This document shows positions 18,124 through 28,080 of a stretch of 64,000 bases of DNA, in pieces (within the stretch, counting starts at the first letter, position 1; the number at the start of each line of letters is the position of its first letter). Below the pieces are notes generated by a model that was not told where the DNA came from, made no database searches, and saw only the letters and a list, made by a program, of their open reading frames with translations. This DNA is from Bacilli bacterium (lineage in GTDB: Bacteria > Bacillota_I > Bacilli_A > RFN20 > CAG-826). Location: NCBI GenBank assembly GCA_024408085.1, contig JAKSVH010000007.1, forward strand, positions 6,914 to 70,913, in the 5' to 3' direction. Position numbers and translations under genes: made by a program.

Positions 18124-18321
18124 TTAGTTATCTTTGATAACTCTTTTTAAGCGTCGATTAAAGTTATCGCGTGAAATCATCAAAATATTTCCACAACCAA
18201 GGCATTTAATTTTTAAATCTGCGCCAACTCTAACAATCTCAAATTTTGTAGAATGAGTTGAACATGGATGTGGCTTTTTAAGCTCAACGATATCGCCTAA
18301 CTTATAATCGAATTCTTTCAT
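18124..18321 (-). CDS. DUF951-family small protein
   Basis: 65 aa; LGDIVELKKPHPC...KCLGCG pattern as remembered for DUF951 (YyzM-like) proteins. Confidence 0.7.
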   Translation of the reverse strand: MKEFDYKLGDIVELKKPHPCSTHSTKFEIVRVGADLKIKCLGCGNILMISRDNFNRRLKRVIKDN

Positions 18322-19931
18322 TATTTTTCATCTTCCATTTTGACTGCTGCTGGAACTTTTGGAAGTCCTGGCATTGTCATAACTGCACCAGTTAATGCAA
18401 CAATAAAGTTTGCACCTGCTGATAATTTAACTTCACGAATGTGAACTGTATGTCCGGTTGGAGCACCATAAATTTTTGGATCTTCTGTAATTGAAAGAGG
18501 AGTTTTTGCCATACAAACTGCTGTTTTGGCAAAGCCAAGTTTTTCAAATGTAGCAATTTGTTCACTTGCTTTTTCAGAGAATTCGACTGCACCAGCTCTG
18601 TAAATTTCTTTACAAACTGTTTCAATCTTTTCTTTGATTGAGCAATTGTAATCATAAAGCTTATGATAATTTGATGGTTTTGTAGCAAGCATTTCATTAA
18701 CTTTGTTTGCTAAATCAATTGATCCGTCTCCGCCTTTTGCGAATCCATCAACGAATGAAACGGTATAACCGTTTTCTTTACACCATGCTGTTAACCAATC
18801 AATTTCTTCTTGTGAATCATCTGCAAAGTGGTTGATTGCAACAACAACTGGTAAACCATATTTTTGAATATTTTCTAAGTGCAACTTTAAGTTACCAACG
18901 CCTGCCTTTAATGCTTCAACATTTGGAGTCTTTAATTCTTCAAATGGAACGCCACCGTGTTCTTTAAGAGCACGAATTGTAGCAACCATAACTACTCCAT
19001 TAGGAGTAAAACCGCCTGTTGGGCAGCAAATATCAAGGAATTTTTCTGCGCCTAGGTCAGCACCGAAGCCAGCTTCTGTAACGACTACATCGCCAAGCTT
19101 TAATGCAAGTTTCATAGCAATAACAGAGTTACAGCCGTGAGCAATATTTGCAAATGGGCCACCATGAACTAAAGTTGGATTGTTTTCTTCAGTTTGAACA
19201 AGGTTTGGTTTTAAAGCTTCTCTCATTAATTTCATAATTGCATTAGAAATTCTGAGTTGTTTTAAATAAACTGGTTTATCATCAAATGTATAAGCAACAA
19301 CTATGTTGTTAACTCTATTTCTAAAGTCTTCTGGATCACTTGCAAGACACATAATTGCCATCATTTCTGATGCAACAGTAATAACGAAACCATCGTGTCT
19401 TGGTTGTCCTTTCTTTTCATCTTGCATGACTGTAACACTTCTAAGTGCTCTATCGTTCATATCAAGAGCTCTTGTCCAAACAATCTTGCTTGGATCGATG
19501 CCAAGTTCATTTCCTTGGAAAATGTGGTTATCAATAACAGCAGCAATTAAGTTAATTGATGATGTTAAAGCATGCATATCTCCGGTGAAATGTAAGTTAA
19601 TGTCATCTTTTGGTTGGATGGAAGCAAGTCCGCCACCAGTAGCACCGCCTTTAAGACCAAATACAGGGCCAAGAGAAGGTTCTCTTAATGCGAGCATACA
19701 ATTAGTGCCAACTTTAGCAAAACCCTCAGCTAAAGCAATTGACATCGTTGTCTTTCCTTCACCAGTTTTTGTTGGTGTGATAGCAGTAACTAAAACTAAC
19801 TTGCCATCTTTTTTGTTTTTAAATTCATCCATAATGGACAAATCAATTTTGGCTTTGTACTTTCCGTACATATCGACATACTTTTCGTCGATTTTTGCAG
19901 TTTTTGCAATTTCTGTAATAACTTTCATCAT
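18321..19931 (-). CDS. fhs: formate--tetrahydrofolate ligase
   Basis: 536 aa; TPTKTGEGKTT P-loop, EPSLGPVFGLKGGATGGG, VHGGPFANIAHG motifs. Confidence 0.93.
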   Translation of the reverse strand: MMKVITEIAKTAKIDEKYVDMYGKYKAKIDLSIMDEFKNKKDGKLVLVTAITPTKTGEGKTTMSIALAEGFAKVGTNCMLALREPSLGPVFGLKGGATGGGLASIQPKDDINLHFTGDMHALTSSINLIAAVIDNHIFQGNELGIDPSKIVWTRALDMNDRALRSVTVMQDEKKGQPRHDGFVITVASEMMAIMCLASDPEDFRNRVNNIVVAYTFDDKPVYLKQLRISNAIMKLMREALKPNLVQTEENNPTLVHGGPFANIAHGCNSVIAMKLALKLGDVVVTEAGFGADLGAEKFLDICCPTGGFTPNGVVMVATIRALKEHGGVPFEELKTPNVEALKAGVGNLKLHLENIQKYGLPVVVAINHFADDSQEEIDWLTAWCKENGYTVSFVDGFAKGGDGSIDLANKVNEMLATKPSNYHKLYDYNCSIKEKIETVCKEIYRAGAVEFSEKASEQIATFEKLGFAKTAVCMAKTPLSITEDPKIYGAPTGHTVHIREVKLSAGANFIVALTGAVMTMPGLPKVPAAVKMEDEK

Positions 19932-19964
19932 AGTTTTTACCTCTTCAATATAATTATAGCACTA

Positions 19965-20642
19965 TTATATAGTGATTAAAACATATTTTGTAATTAAAAG
20001 ACCTGCAGTTGATGGAACCATCATCATTGAAGATGGTTTAGGGCTTTTAATAAGCGGAACTTCTTTTGAAAAAACGACATTTACTTTCTTTAAATCGATT
20101 CCTCTTTGCTTTGCTTCATAGCGAATTTTCTTTGCAAGTGGGTCACCTTCAGTTTTATTTAAAGTTGTTAAAACAACTTGTTCTGGATCAATTCTGTTTC
20201 CCATACCAAGTGAAGAAACAAATGGAATATCATTCTTTAAGCAATATTCATAAATATGAAGTTTGCCTTCAACAAAATCTATTGCATCAACAATAAAATC
20301 TGGTTTTTCATCAAGCAAATCTTCGAGTTTTGTATCACCAATCTTTGCTTGTATCTTTTTTACTTCAAATTCCGGAGAAATTTCATGCAAATGTTTCTCT
20401 GCAGCATCTACTTTAGATTCACCAACATTTTTTGCAGTGAAAAGAACTTGTCTATTAAGGTTAGAAACATCAACTGAATCGGAGTCAATAATTGTAAACT
20501 TTTTGAAACCTGATCTTGCTAAAGATTCTAATGCTGTACCACCTACTCCACCAATGCCGATTACAACAACTTTTTTATCAGCAAAAGAGGAGATTTTTTC
20601 ATCTCCAAGGAGTTGTCTTGAACGTTCTAAAAAATCACTCAT
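19965..20642 (-). CDS. tcdA: ThiF/HesA-family tRNA threonylcarbamoyladenosine dehydratase
   Basis: VVVIGIGGVGG Rossmann motif, DSDSVDVSNLNRQ; 225 aa. ATGA overlap with miaA. Confidence 0.75.
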   Translation of the reverse strand: MSDFLERSRQLLGDEKISSFADKKVVVIGIGGVGGTALESLARSGFKKFTIIDSDSVDVSNLNRQVLFTAKNVGESKVDAAEKHLHEISPEFEVKKIQAKIGDTKLEDLLDEKPDFIVDAIDFVEGKLHIYEYCLKNDIPFVSSLGMGNRIDPEQVVLTTLNKTEGDPLAKKIRYEAKQRGIDLKKVNVVFSKEVPLIKSPKPSSMMMVPSTAGLLITKYVLITI

Positions 20643-21508
20643 TTCTTCAATATCTCCAGTAAATCTTGGGTATTTTCATAAAAATTAACAGGGAATTGAT
20701 GCTTAATATAAGTTACTTGTCTCTTAGCATAATTCCTTGAATTTTTCTTAACCAATTCAACCCCTTCTTCTAGTGAAGATTCGCCATGTAAAACAGGTAT
20801 TAATTCTTTGTATCCAATGGCTTGTAACGACTTGCAATCTTCGCCATATTTTTCAACTATTTTTTTAACTTCATTAAGAAGGCCTGATTCCATCATTTTA
20901 TCAACGCGTTTATTGATTAAATCATAGAGAACTTCTCTATCCATATTTCTAACGTAGAATTTAGCATCAAAAACAAGCTTATGTTCTTGTGAATCAATGA
21001 CTTCAGACTTGCTCTTGCCTTGGCTTAAATAAATTTCAATTGCTCTAAGAACTCTTTTGCGATTATTCATATGAATCTTTTCGGCTTCCTTAGGATCAAT
21101 TTCTTCTAAGACATCATGAAGTTCTGCATTAGTCATCTTTTGATATTTCGTCATATCAATTCCAGATTCTTTTGCAAACTCATAATCATAAAGTGCGGAT
21201 CGAATGTATAAACCTGAGCCTCCAACAATAACGACATTTTTTCTTTCAGAAAGTAATTCGTTAATTTTATTTCTCAAATTTTCTTGGTACTCAGCAATAG
21301 AATAATCATGATTTACATCCACAAAAGAAAATAAATGATGAGGAATTTCATCAAAATATTCTTTTGGTGGCTTTGCCACACCTATTTCCATTTCTTTATA
21401 ACATTGGAAGGCATCGCCATTAACAATTTCAGCATTAAAAGCCTTAGCAACTGCTAAAGCTGTCTCACTTTTGCCCATGCATGTGGGTCCTGTAATGACA
21501 ATAATCAT
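20639..21508 (-). CDS. miaA: tRNA dimethylallyltransferase
   Basis: ITGPTCMGKSE P-loop, VGGSGLY, YAKRQ motifs; 289 aa. Confidence 0.9.
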   Translation of the reverse strand: MIIVITGPTCMGKSETALAVAKAFNAEIVNGDAFQCYKEMEIGVAKPPKEYFDEIPHHLFSFVDVNHDYSIAEYQENLRNKINELLSERKNVVIVGGSGLYIRSALYDYEFAKESGIDMTKYQKMTNAELHDVLEEIDPKEAEKIHMNNRKRVLRAIEIYLSQGKSKSEVIDSQEHKLVFDAKFYVRNMDREVLYDLINKRVDKMMESGLLNEVKKIVEKYGEDCKSLQAIGYKELIPVLHGESSLEEGVELVKKNSRNYAKRQVTYIKHQFPVNFYENTQDLLEILKK

Positions 21509-21517
21509 ATGATTATT

Positions 21518-21829
21518 TTAGCTAAGGACGTTTTTAATATCTACTAAAAGTGAAAAAACTTCATCTTTAGCTATTTGATAATTTATCAAAATTGGGTTGT
21601 TATCGAGCTTATTTTTTAGTTCTTCATAAAGTGCTTTTTCTTTTTCAAAAACATCCGAATTGTTTTTGTTTTTGCACATTTCTTTTTGATGAAATCTAAC
21701 TTCAGAATCTAACTTCTTAAGTTCCTCATCATTTTCAACAATATTTTTATAATAAAAATATTGCTTAACGCATTCTTCTTGTTTAAGCTCATCTGAAATC
21801 GACGAAATTAATTCATCAATTTTATTCAT
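21518..21829 (-). CDS. ymcA: YlbF/YmcA-family protein (RicA-like)
   Basis: 103-aa helical protein immediately downstream of miaB, the same arrangement as ymcB-ymcA in Bacillus as I recall it. Composition fits the Com_YlbF family. Confidence 0.55.
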   Translation of the reverse strand: MNKIDELISSISDELKQEECVKQYFYYKNIVENDEELKKLDSEVRFHQKEMCKNKNNSDVFEKEKALYEELKNKLDNNPILINYQIAKDEVFSLLVDIKNVLS

Positions 21830-23264
21830 TAACTAATTCTCCAATCATGGAGTAAGTATGTGATTCTAAAATTTTAATTTTAACAATCTTTCCAACCAAG
21901 GAAACATCGCCTTTAAAGTGGACTAATTTATTCTTCTCGGTATAACCTGAGAGCATGTCTGGATCTTTTTCTGACGGTCCTTCTACAAGAACATCATAGG
22001 TTTTTCCAACCATGTCTTCTGCATACTTAGAAATATCTTCTTCGAGAGCTTTTACAAGTTCTCTGAAGCGTTGGCTCTTTTCTTTTGCAGTTACATTGTC
22101 TTTAATCTTTGCTGCAGGAGTATTATTTCTTGGTGAATAAATGAATGTAAATGCTGAATCGTAATGAACTTCTCTACATAGAGAAACAGTATCTAAAAAT
22201 TGTTCATATGTTTCATTTGGAAAACCAACAATAATGTCGGTTGTCAATGCAACATTTGGAATCTTATCTTTAATTTCCTTAGCCAAAGCTAAGTATTTTT
22301 CTCTTGTATAGCGTCTTCCCATCAATCTCAAAATCTCATCAGAACCTGATTGGACTGGAAGATGGATATATTTCATAACGTTGTCATATTTTGCAATTAC
22401 ATCAATGATTTCGGATGTAAAATCCCAAGGATGAGATGTTAAAAATCTAACACGTGGAATTCCGATTTTTGCAACTTCTTCAAGCAACTTAGCAAAGCTA
22501 GAACCATCGTTTAAATCTTTGCCATAAGCATTAACGTTCTGACCAAGTAATGTGACTTCTTGATAGTTGTTATCCTTTAATTCTTGAACTTCTTTTAAGA
22601 TGTCGTTCATCTTTCTAGAACGTTCTTTTCCACGAGTATAAGGAACAATGCAATAAGTACAGAACTTATCACATCCATAAGAAATATTAACGAATGCTTT
22701 AAATTTAGATTGTCTAACGCTTGGAAGGTTCTCAACAATATCGCCTGGAATAGATTTAACATCAACGAGTCTAATTCTCTTACAAATAACCTCGTTAAGC
22801 ATATCTAAAAGTGAGGTAACATTGTGTGTTCCAAAGATTAAATCAACATGTTTAAATTTGTCAGTAATGAATTCAATTGCGTGACGTTGTTGAACCATGC
22901 AACCACAGACACAAATAATTACATCTGGATTATCTTTTTTATAGCTCTTTAAATCACCAATTTTGCCGAAAACTTTTTGTTCTGCATTCTCTCTAACGGC
23001 GCATGTGTTTAGAATGATAATATCCGCGTTTTCCTCGCGAAATCCCTGTGAAAACCCGGCTTTTTCGAGCAATCCAGCCATGATTTCTTGATCGCGATAA
23101 TTGGCTTGGCAACCATATGTGTGAATAAAATATTTCTTTCCTTTTGCAAACTCAGCAAGACGTTTCGGAACATCAAAATTTGGATATGAAAAATCGAATG
23201 AAAGATTGCGTCTTCTTTCAATGTCTGAATCTGGTAAAGATGAATAAACACACTTATTAACCAT
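21822..23264 (-). CDS. miaB: tRNA-i6A37 methylthiotransferase
   Basis: Radical-SAM CDKFCTYCIVP, N-terminal UPF0004 cysteines, TRAM C-terminus. I prefer ATG at 23264 (MVNKC, GGAG 8 nt upstream) over the ORF-track start at 23294. Confidence 0.9.
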   Translation of the reverse strand: MVNKCVYSSLPDSDIERRRNLSFDFSYPNFDVPKRLAEFAKGKKYFIHTYGCQANYRDQEIMAGLLEKAGFSQGFREENADIIILNTCAVRENAEQKVFGKIGDLKSYKKDNPDVIICVCGCMVQQRHAIEFITDKFKHVDLIFGTHNVTSLLDMLNEVICKRIRLVDVKSIPGDIVENLPSVRQSKFKAFVNISYGCDKFCTYCIVPYTRGKERSRKMNDILKEVQELKDNNYQEVTLLGQNVNAYGKDLNDGSSFAKLLEEVAKIGIPRVRFLTSHPWDFTSEIIDVIAKYDNVMKYIHLPVQSGSDEILRLMGRRYTREKYLALAKEIKDKIPNVALTTDIIVGFPNETYEQFLDTVSLCREVHYDSAFTFIYSPRNNTPAAKIKDNVTAKEKSQRFRELVKALEEDISKYAEDMVGKTYDVLVEGPSEKDPDMLSGYTEKNKLVHFKGDVSLVGKIVKIKILESHTYSMIGELVNE

Positions 23265-24054
23265 TATGTTTTTCTCCAAGTAATGAGATAGCAAAAATTT
23301 CTCTAGTTTTATGAGTCATTTCATCAACATCAATTACAACAGCATTAACCATTTCTTGATCCTCTTTATCGAGGTCAAAACGTTCATTTGAACCAAAGAT
23401 GGTTTTCTGAATAACTGTGTCTCTATCAAATCCTAAAACTCCGTTTGCTGCACCGCACATACCAACATCGGTAATGAAGCCAGTTCCATTTTCTAGAATT
23501 TTTGCGTCGTTTGTCTGAACATGTGTATGAGTTCCGACTATTGCTGAAACTAATCCATCAAAGCAATAGCCAAAGCTCATCTTTTCACCTGTTGCTTCAG
23601 CGTGAAAATCTACAATATGAATTGCATCTTCGCTTTCATTATTATCAATTAAACTTTTTAATGAATAATAAGGCGAAGCAACTTCTTCCTGCATAAATGC
23701 AGTTCCTAAAATATTAGTAACACGAATCTTAACTCCGTTTGCTTCAAAAACAACGGATCCTTTGCCACCAATACGTTTGGAAATATTAAGTGGCCTTACT
23801 AATGCAGTCGCATCGTCAATATAATTGACAATCATATTTTTTGATAAATAGTGATTGCCTAAAGTTATACAGTCAATTCCTGCGTCAATAAGTTCGTTAT
23901 AATGTTTTTCAATTAAACCTTTTCCATGAGTAGCGTTTTCACCATTAGCGATGACAAAATCAATTTGGTACTTTTTGACCAACTTCTCAATATTGTGTTT
24001 AACTGCGTTTCGACCTACTTGGCCGACAATATCTCCAAAAAATAATATTTTCAT
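23257..24054 (-). CDS. ymdB: YmdB-type metallophosphoesterase (2',3'-cyclic-nucleotide 2'-phosphodiesterase)
   Basis: MKILFFGDIVG, ANGENATHGKG, GNH, GTHTHV motifs. Located directly downstream of rny, as in Bacillus. Confidence 0.88.
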   Translation of the reverse strand: MKILFFGDIVGQVGRNAVKHNIEKLVKKYQIDFVIANGENATHGKGLIEKHYNELIDAGIDCITLGNHYLSKNMIVNYIDDATALVRPLNISKRIGGKGSVVFEANGVKIRVTNILGTAFMQEEVASPYYSLKSLIDNNESEDAIHIVDFHAEATGEKMSFGYCFDGLVSAIVGTHTHVQTNDAKILENGTGFITDVGMCGAANGVLGFDRDTVIQKTIFGSNERFDLDKEDQEMVNAVVIDVDEMTHKTREIFAISLLGEKHNG

Positions 24055-24095
24055 AAAGATATCTTTCTATCCGGGTTTTTCCCGGCAAAAATCAA

Positions 24096-25658
24096 TTATT
24101 TTGCTGTTTCTACAGCTCTGTATTCACGAATGACTGAGACTTTAATTTGTCCTGGATAGGTCATTTCAGTTTCAATCTTTTCACGAATGTCTCTTGCCAT
24201 CTTAAATGCTGTTAAATCGTCAACCTTGTCTGGTAAAACCATAACACGGACTTCACGACCTGATTGCATTGCGTAGCATTGGTAAACACCATCAAATGAT
24301 TTACAAATTGTTTCGAGTTGTTCAATACGTTTGATGTAGTTTTCAAGAGTTTCACTACGTGCACCTGGTCTAGCAGCTGATAAAGTATCTGCAGCTTGGA
24401 CTAAGTGTGAAATGATACAATTTTGTGGAACATCACCATGGTGAGATTCAATTGCATTAATAACAACATCTGGTTCGTTGTACTTCTTTGCAAGTCTTGC
24501 ACCGAGTTCAACGTGTGAGCCATCTTGTTCAAAGTCAACTGCTTTACCAATATCATGTAATAAACCGGCGCGTTTTGCGAGGTTTTGGTCAAGACCAAGT
24601 TCAGCAGCCATAATGCCTGCTAAATAGGCTGTTTCCATAGAATGGTCTAAAGCATTTTGACCATAGGATGTACGGTATTTGAGTCTACCAACATAAGTAA
24701 GTAATTCTTTGTTAATTTTTGGTAAACCAAGTTTGAATGCTGCTTCTTCACCAGCTTTTTGAATGTCTTGATCAACTTCTTCAGTGACCTTTGCGACAAT
24801 TTCTTCAATTCTACCTGGTTGAATACGTCCATCTTTGATTAATAAGTCTAAAGACTTAGTTGCAATGTGACGTCTAATTGGGTTGAAGCATGAAACTGTA
24901 ATAACTTCTGGTGTATCATCAATGATAAGATCGACTCCAAGGAGTTGTTCCATAGTACGAATATTACGTCCTTCACGGCCAATAATTCTACCTTTCATTT
25001 CATCTGATGGAAGAGCAACAACTGAAACTGTTCTTTCTTGAACTTCTTCTTGTGCATATTTGCTAATAGCAATGCCAAGCATTTCTTTTGCTTTTCCTTC
25101 AACCTCTGCTTTGGCTTCATCTTCTTTGTTCTTGATGTAAGCAGCAATTTCTTTTGACATCTTTGATTCAACTCTTTCAAAGATTTGGTCTCTAGCTTCT
25201 TTAACTGAAAGTTGACCAACTTTTTCAAGTTCAGAAATGATTGAATCAATCTTTTCTTGTAAAACGACTTCTTTCTTATCGTATTCTCTCATACGACGAT
25301 TGAGTAATTCGTTCTTTTCTTCGATTGCGTTTTCCTTGTTAAGCAAGTTAGCGTCACGACGATCGATGTTTTGCTCACGTTGATTTAACTTATTTTCGAG
25401 GTTTGCATATTCTTGTTTTCTTTCGCGAATATCCTTCTCGGCTTCTTGTTTCATTTCTGCAACTGTTTGTTTTCCATCAAGTTGAGCATTTTTTCTAATT
25501 TGTTCTGCGCGAATTTCTGCATCGCGGATAATTTTGTCAGCTCTGTGGCTGGCATCTTTTGCCTTAATACTTGGTAAAAGTTTGAGTAGTAAAAAGCCTA
25601 CGCCAAAACCAACAAGCAAAGCTACGGCAATGAGGATTCCCCATACGTAATCTGGCAT
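24096..25658 (-). CDS. rny: ribonuclease Y
   Basis: N-terminal TM, long coiled-coil, KH domain (GRIIGREGRNIR), HD domain (LLHDIGKA); 520 aa. Confidence 0.95.
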   Translation of the reverse strand: MPDYVWGILIAVALLVGFGVGFLLLKLLPSIKAKDASHRADKIIRDAEIRAEQIRKNAQLDGKQTVAEMKQEAEKDIRERKQEYANLENKLNQREQNIDRRDANLLNKENAIEEKNELLNRRMREYDKKEVVLQEKIDSIISELEKVGQLSVKEARDQIFERVESKMSKEIAAYIKNKEDEAKAEVEGKAKEMLGIAISKYAQEEVQERTVSVVALPSDEMKGRIIGREGRNIRTMEQLLGVDLIIDDTPEVITVSCFNPIRRHIATKSLDLLIKDGRIQPGRIEEIVAKVTEEVDQDIQKAGEEAAFKLGLPKINKELLTYVGRLKYRTSYGQNALDHSMETAYLAGIMAAELGLDQNLAKRAGLLHDIGKAVDFEQDGSHVELGARLAKKYNEPDVVINAIESHHGDVPQNCIISHLVQAADTLSAARPGARSETLENYIKRIEQLETICKSFDGVYQCYAMQSGREVRVMVLPDKVDDLTAFKMARDIREKIETEMTYPGQIKVSVIREYRAVETAK

Positions 25659-25879
25659 GTTTTGTGCCTCCTAACTATATAAATAAGGCATTTGCATATC
25701 TAAAGATATGAAAAGCCAATAATTGAGATTATTACCGAAAATCAACTGCGGTCGATTGTAATTATATTTCAACGGAATAAATCCGAAAATTTAATTTATG
25801 GTAATAAGTACTTTCTTGAAAAAGTACACTAACATTATACAAAAGTGACTTTATAAATAAAACCTTAAATTTATTTTTG

Positions 25880-25906
25880 TTAAAAGAAAAGTCCGCTTCC
25901 GGACTA
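25880..25906 (-). terminator. intrinsic terminator after recA
   Basis: AGTCCG-gaag-CGGACT hairpin overlapping the TAG stop, followed by TTTTCTTTT. Confidence 0.75.
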
Positions 25907-26902
25907 ATCTTGTTTAGCAATTGCTTTCTTGATTTTATCTTCAATCTCTTGGGCCATTTCTGGATGAGTTTCTAGATAAGCTTTGCCGGCTTCTTTGCCA
26001 TTCGCAAATCTTGTTCCATCATACTCATACCAAGCTCCAGCCCTTGAAAGGACTTCATATTGTAGACCTAGATCAAGAAGTTCACCTTCATGGCTAATTC
26101 CTTTGCCATAGATGATATCAATCAAACAATTTTTGTATGGAGGTGCAACTTTATTCTTAACAACTTTAATGTTAACGGTATTTCCGTAAACAGTATTTCC
26201 ATTCTTAAGTGCTTCGGTACGTCTAATGTCAAGACGAATGGAGGCATAGAATTTCAAAGCTTTGCCACCAGTTGTTGTTTCTGGGTTTCCATACATGACG
26301 CCAACTTTATCACGTAATTGGTTAATAAAGATGACTGTGCACTCGTTTTGATTCATTGCGCCAGCGAGTTTACGTAATGCTTTAGACATAAGTCTAGCTT
26401 GTAAACCAACTGTGCTATCAATCATTTCTCCTTCAAGCTCAGCTTGAGGAACCAAAGCTGCAACAGAATCAACAACGATGATATTAAACGCGCCAGAATT
26501 GACTAACTTTTCAACGATTTCGAGAGCCTGCTCTCCATAATCTGGTTGAGAAAGAATAAGTTCGTTAATATTAACGCCTAAATTCTTTGCGTACTGTGGA
26601 TCAATTGAGTGTTCAGCATCAACAAAAGCAGCTCTGCCGCCTTTCTTTTGTGCTTCTGCAATTGCATGCAATGCCAAAGTGGTTTTGCCACTTGATTCTG
26701 GACCATAAATCTCAATAATACGTCCTTTTGGATATCCACCGATACCAAGCGCATTATTAAGAAGTAAACTTCCAGACGGGATCACGTCCGTATCAATTTG
26801 AGGACGATCTCCAAGTTTCATGACGCTTCCCTTGCCAAAATTCTTCTCGATTTCGGCGAGAACAGCATCTAAGTTTTGTGAGTCTAAATTTTTCTTGTTC
26901 AT
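25904..26902 (-). CDS. recA: recombinase RecA
   Basis: GPESSGKTT Walker [11 protein letters not shown] Walker B, L1/L2 loop regions; 332 aa. Confidence 0.97.
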   Translation of the reverse strand: MNKKNLDSQNLDAVLAEIEKNFGKGSVMKLGDRPQIDTDVIPSGSLLLNNALGIGGYPKGRIIEIYGPESSGKTTLALHAIAEAQKKGGRAAFVDAEHSIDPQYAKNLGVNINELILSQPDYGEQALEIVEKLVNSGAFNIIVVDSVAALVPQAELEGEMIDSTVGLQARLMSKALRKLAGAMNQNECTVIFINQLRDKVGVMYGNPETTTGGKALKFYASIRLDIRRTEALKNGNTVYGNTVNIKVVKNKVAPPYKNCLIDIIYGKGISHEGELLDLGLQYEVLSRAGAWYEYDGTRFANGKEAGKAYLETHPEMAQEIEDKIKKAIAKQD

Positions 26903-26959
26903 AATTTTGTTCTCCTAATACTTATTTCAGGAGAATTCGGCATTTCCGATGAAAATTTT
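26903..26959 (-). repeat. copy B of the duplicated leader element (recA 5' leader with SD-sequestering hairpin)
   Basis: Minus-strand sequence AAAATTTTCATCGGAAATGCCGAATTCTCCTGAAATAAGTATTAGGAGAACAAAATT-ATG. UUCUCCU pairs perfectly with the SD AGGAGAA (7 bp, 12-nt loop). Confidence 0.6.
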
Positions 26960-27418
26960 TTAAATATTTTTTAAATGTATTAAATCTCGCATAGCGAGAA
27001 CTGCACTATTTCTAACACTATTTCTTTTTTTCGAAATTTGGTAATTTTTAGAAATATTTCCATTTTTTGTCGAAATTGCAACACAGAAATAGCCTGCTGG
27101 TTTGCCTCCAGGTTCACATGTTGGGCCAGCGTTTCCAGTAACTGAAACACAAATATCAACATTGAGGAGCTTTCTTCCATATTCAGCCATTTCTTTTGCA
27201 ACCTCTTCTGAAACAACACCATATTTTTCAATTGTTTCAGCTTTGACTCCAACAACTTTTTCTTTGATTTCTGTGGCATAAGTTACCACTGAACCTTTGA
27301 ATACTTTTGAGGAACCTGGAATGCTTGTAAATTCAGCAGCAAAAAGACCACCAGTCATTGATTCAACTGAACCGAGAGTTAATCCTTTTTCTACTAATTC
27401 TTGAAGCAATTTTTTCAT
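26960..27418 (-). CDS. pncC: CinA C-terminal domain protein (PncC-type nicotinamide-nucleotide amidohydrolase)
   Basis: 152 aa; ESMTGG, VTY, SVTGNAGP motifs. No N-terminal MoCF domain. Confidence 0.8.
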   Translation of the reverse strand: MKKLLQELVEKGLTLGSVESMTGGLFAAEFTSIPGSSKVFKGSVVTYATEIKEKVVGVKAETIEKYGVVSEEVAKEMAEYGRKLLNVDICVSVTGNAGPTCEPGGKPAGYFCVAISTKNGNISKNYQISKKRNSVRNSAVLAMRDLIHLKNI

Positions 27419-28062
27419 TATTTTGTTTCCTTCAAAACTGCTCTATTTTGCCAGACATAAATTACACCAGAAACGAGTGACATGATTGTGGCTAAATAGA
27501 AGAAAATATTGGAGATTTGCAGTGAATTTGGCCATGTTTTGTCGAATAAATTGAATGGCCAGTCATTAAGAAGAAGCATTGGAATTGCAATCATTTGAAG
27601 AACTGTTTTTGCCTTTCCAAAAATGTTTGCAGCAATGACAATATTTTTCTTAACAGCGATAAGTCTTAATGCATCAACAACAAGGTCTCTTCCAATCATC
27701 AAAATTACACAAACAGCAAGGATTGTTAACATAGTTGGATCATTGCGTTGTGCTGGTGCATATGCTTGAGGCACGAGAAGGAAAATCATTGTTGCATCGT
27801 TGAGTAATTTATCAGCGATTGGATCAAGAAATTTTCCAAAGTCTGTAACGAGATTAAATTTTCTTGCAATCTTACCATCGAGCATATCGGTAAACGCTGC
27901 AATAATAAAAACACAAGTAAAGATAAGATAAACTAAGTTTATTCCAGAGTTACCAAGTGTCATTACTTGTAAGTCAGGAATGAGTGCTAAAACGAACATT
28001 GCAATAATCATTCCACAAATAAGAATGATTCTACTGACTGTAATCTTGTTAGGTAAGTTCAT
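27418..28062 (-). CDS. pgsA: CDP-diacylglycerol--glycerol-3-phosphate 3-phosphatidyltransferase
   Basis: DMLDGKIAR...G..LDPIADK CDP-alcohol phosphatidyltransferase motif, multi-TM; 214 aa. Confidence 0.9.
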   Translation of the reverse strand: MNLPNKITVSRIILICGMIIAMFVLALIPDLQVMTLGNSGINLVYLIFTCVFIIAAFTDMLDGKIARKFNLVTDFGKFLDPIADKLLNDATMIFLLVPQAYAPAQRNDPTMLTILAVCVILMIGRDLVVDALRLIAVKKNIVIAANIFGKAKTVLQMIAIPMLLLNDWPFNLFDKTWPNSLQISNIFFYLATIMSLVSGVIYVWQNRAVLKETK

Positions 28063-28080
28063 CTTCTAATCTCCTTTAGT

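Noticed and set aside
19303-20688. Long antisense or alternative-frame ORFs. These include 19303-19953 (216 aa) and 20263-20688 (141 aa). Similar cases elsewhere are 33924-34370, 57915-58376, 41107-41424 and 38345-38593.
   Set aside because: Each lies opposite or out of frame within a strongly supported conserved gene (fhs, tcdA, cmk, serA, sufS, mnmG). Their translations are low-complexity (Ser, Pro and Leu-rich), with no RBS. This is typical shadow-ORF behaviour.
26903-26959. LexA (Cheo) box or competence cin-box/ComK-box upstream of recA
   Set aside because: No CGAAC-N4-GTTCG-like palindrome is present. The best resemblances (ATCGGAAA to TACGAATA, AAAA-N5-AATT to AAAA-N5-TTTT) are too weak to call.
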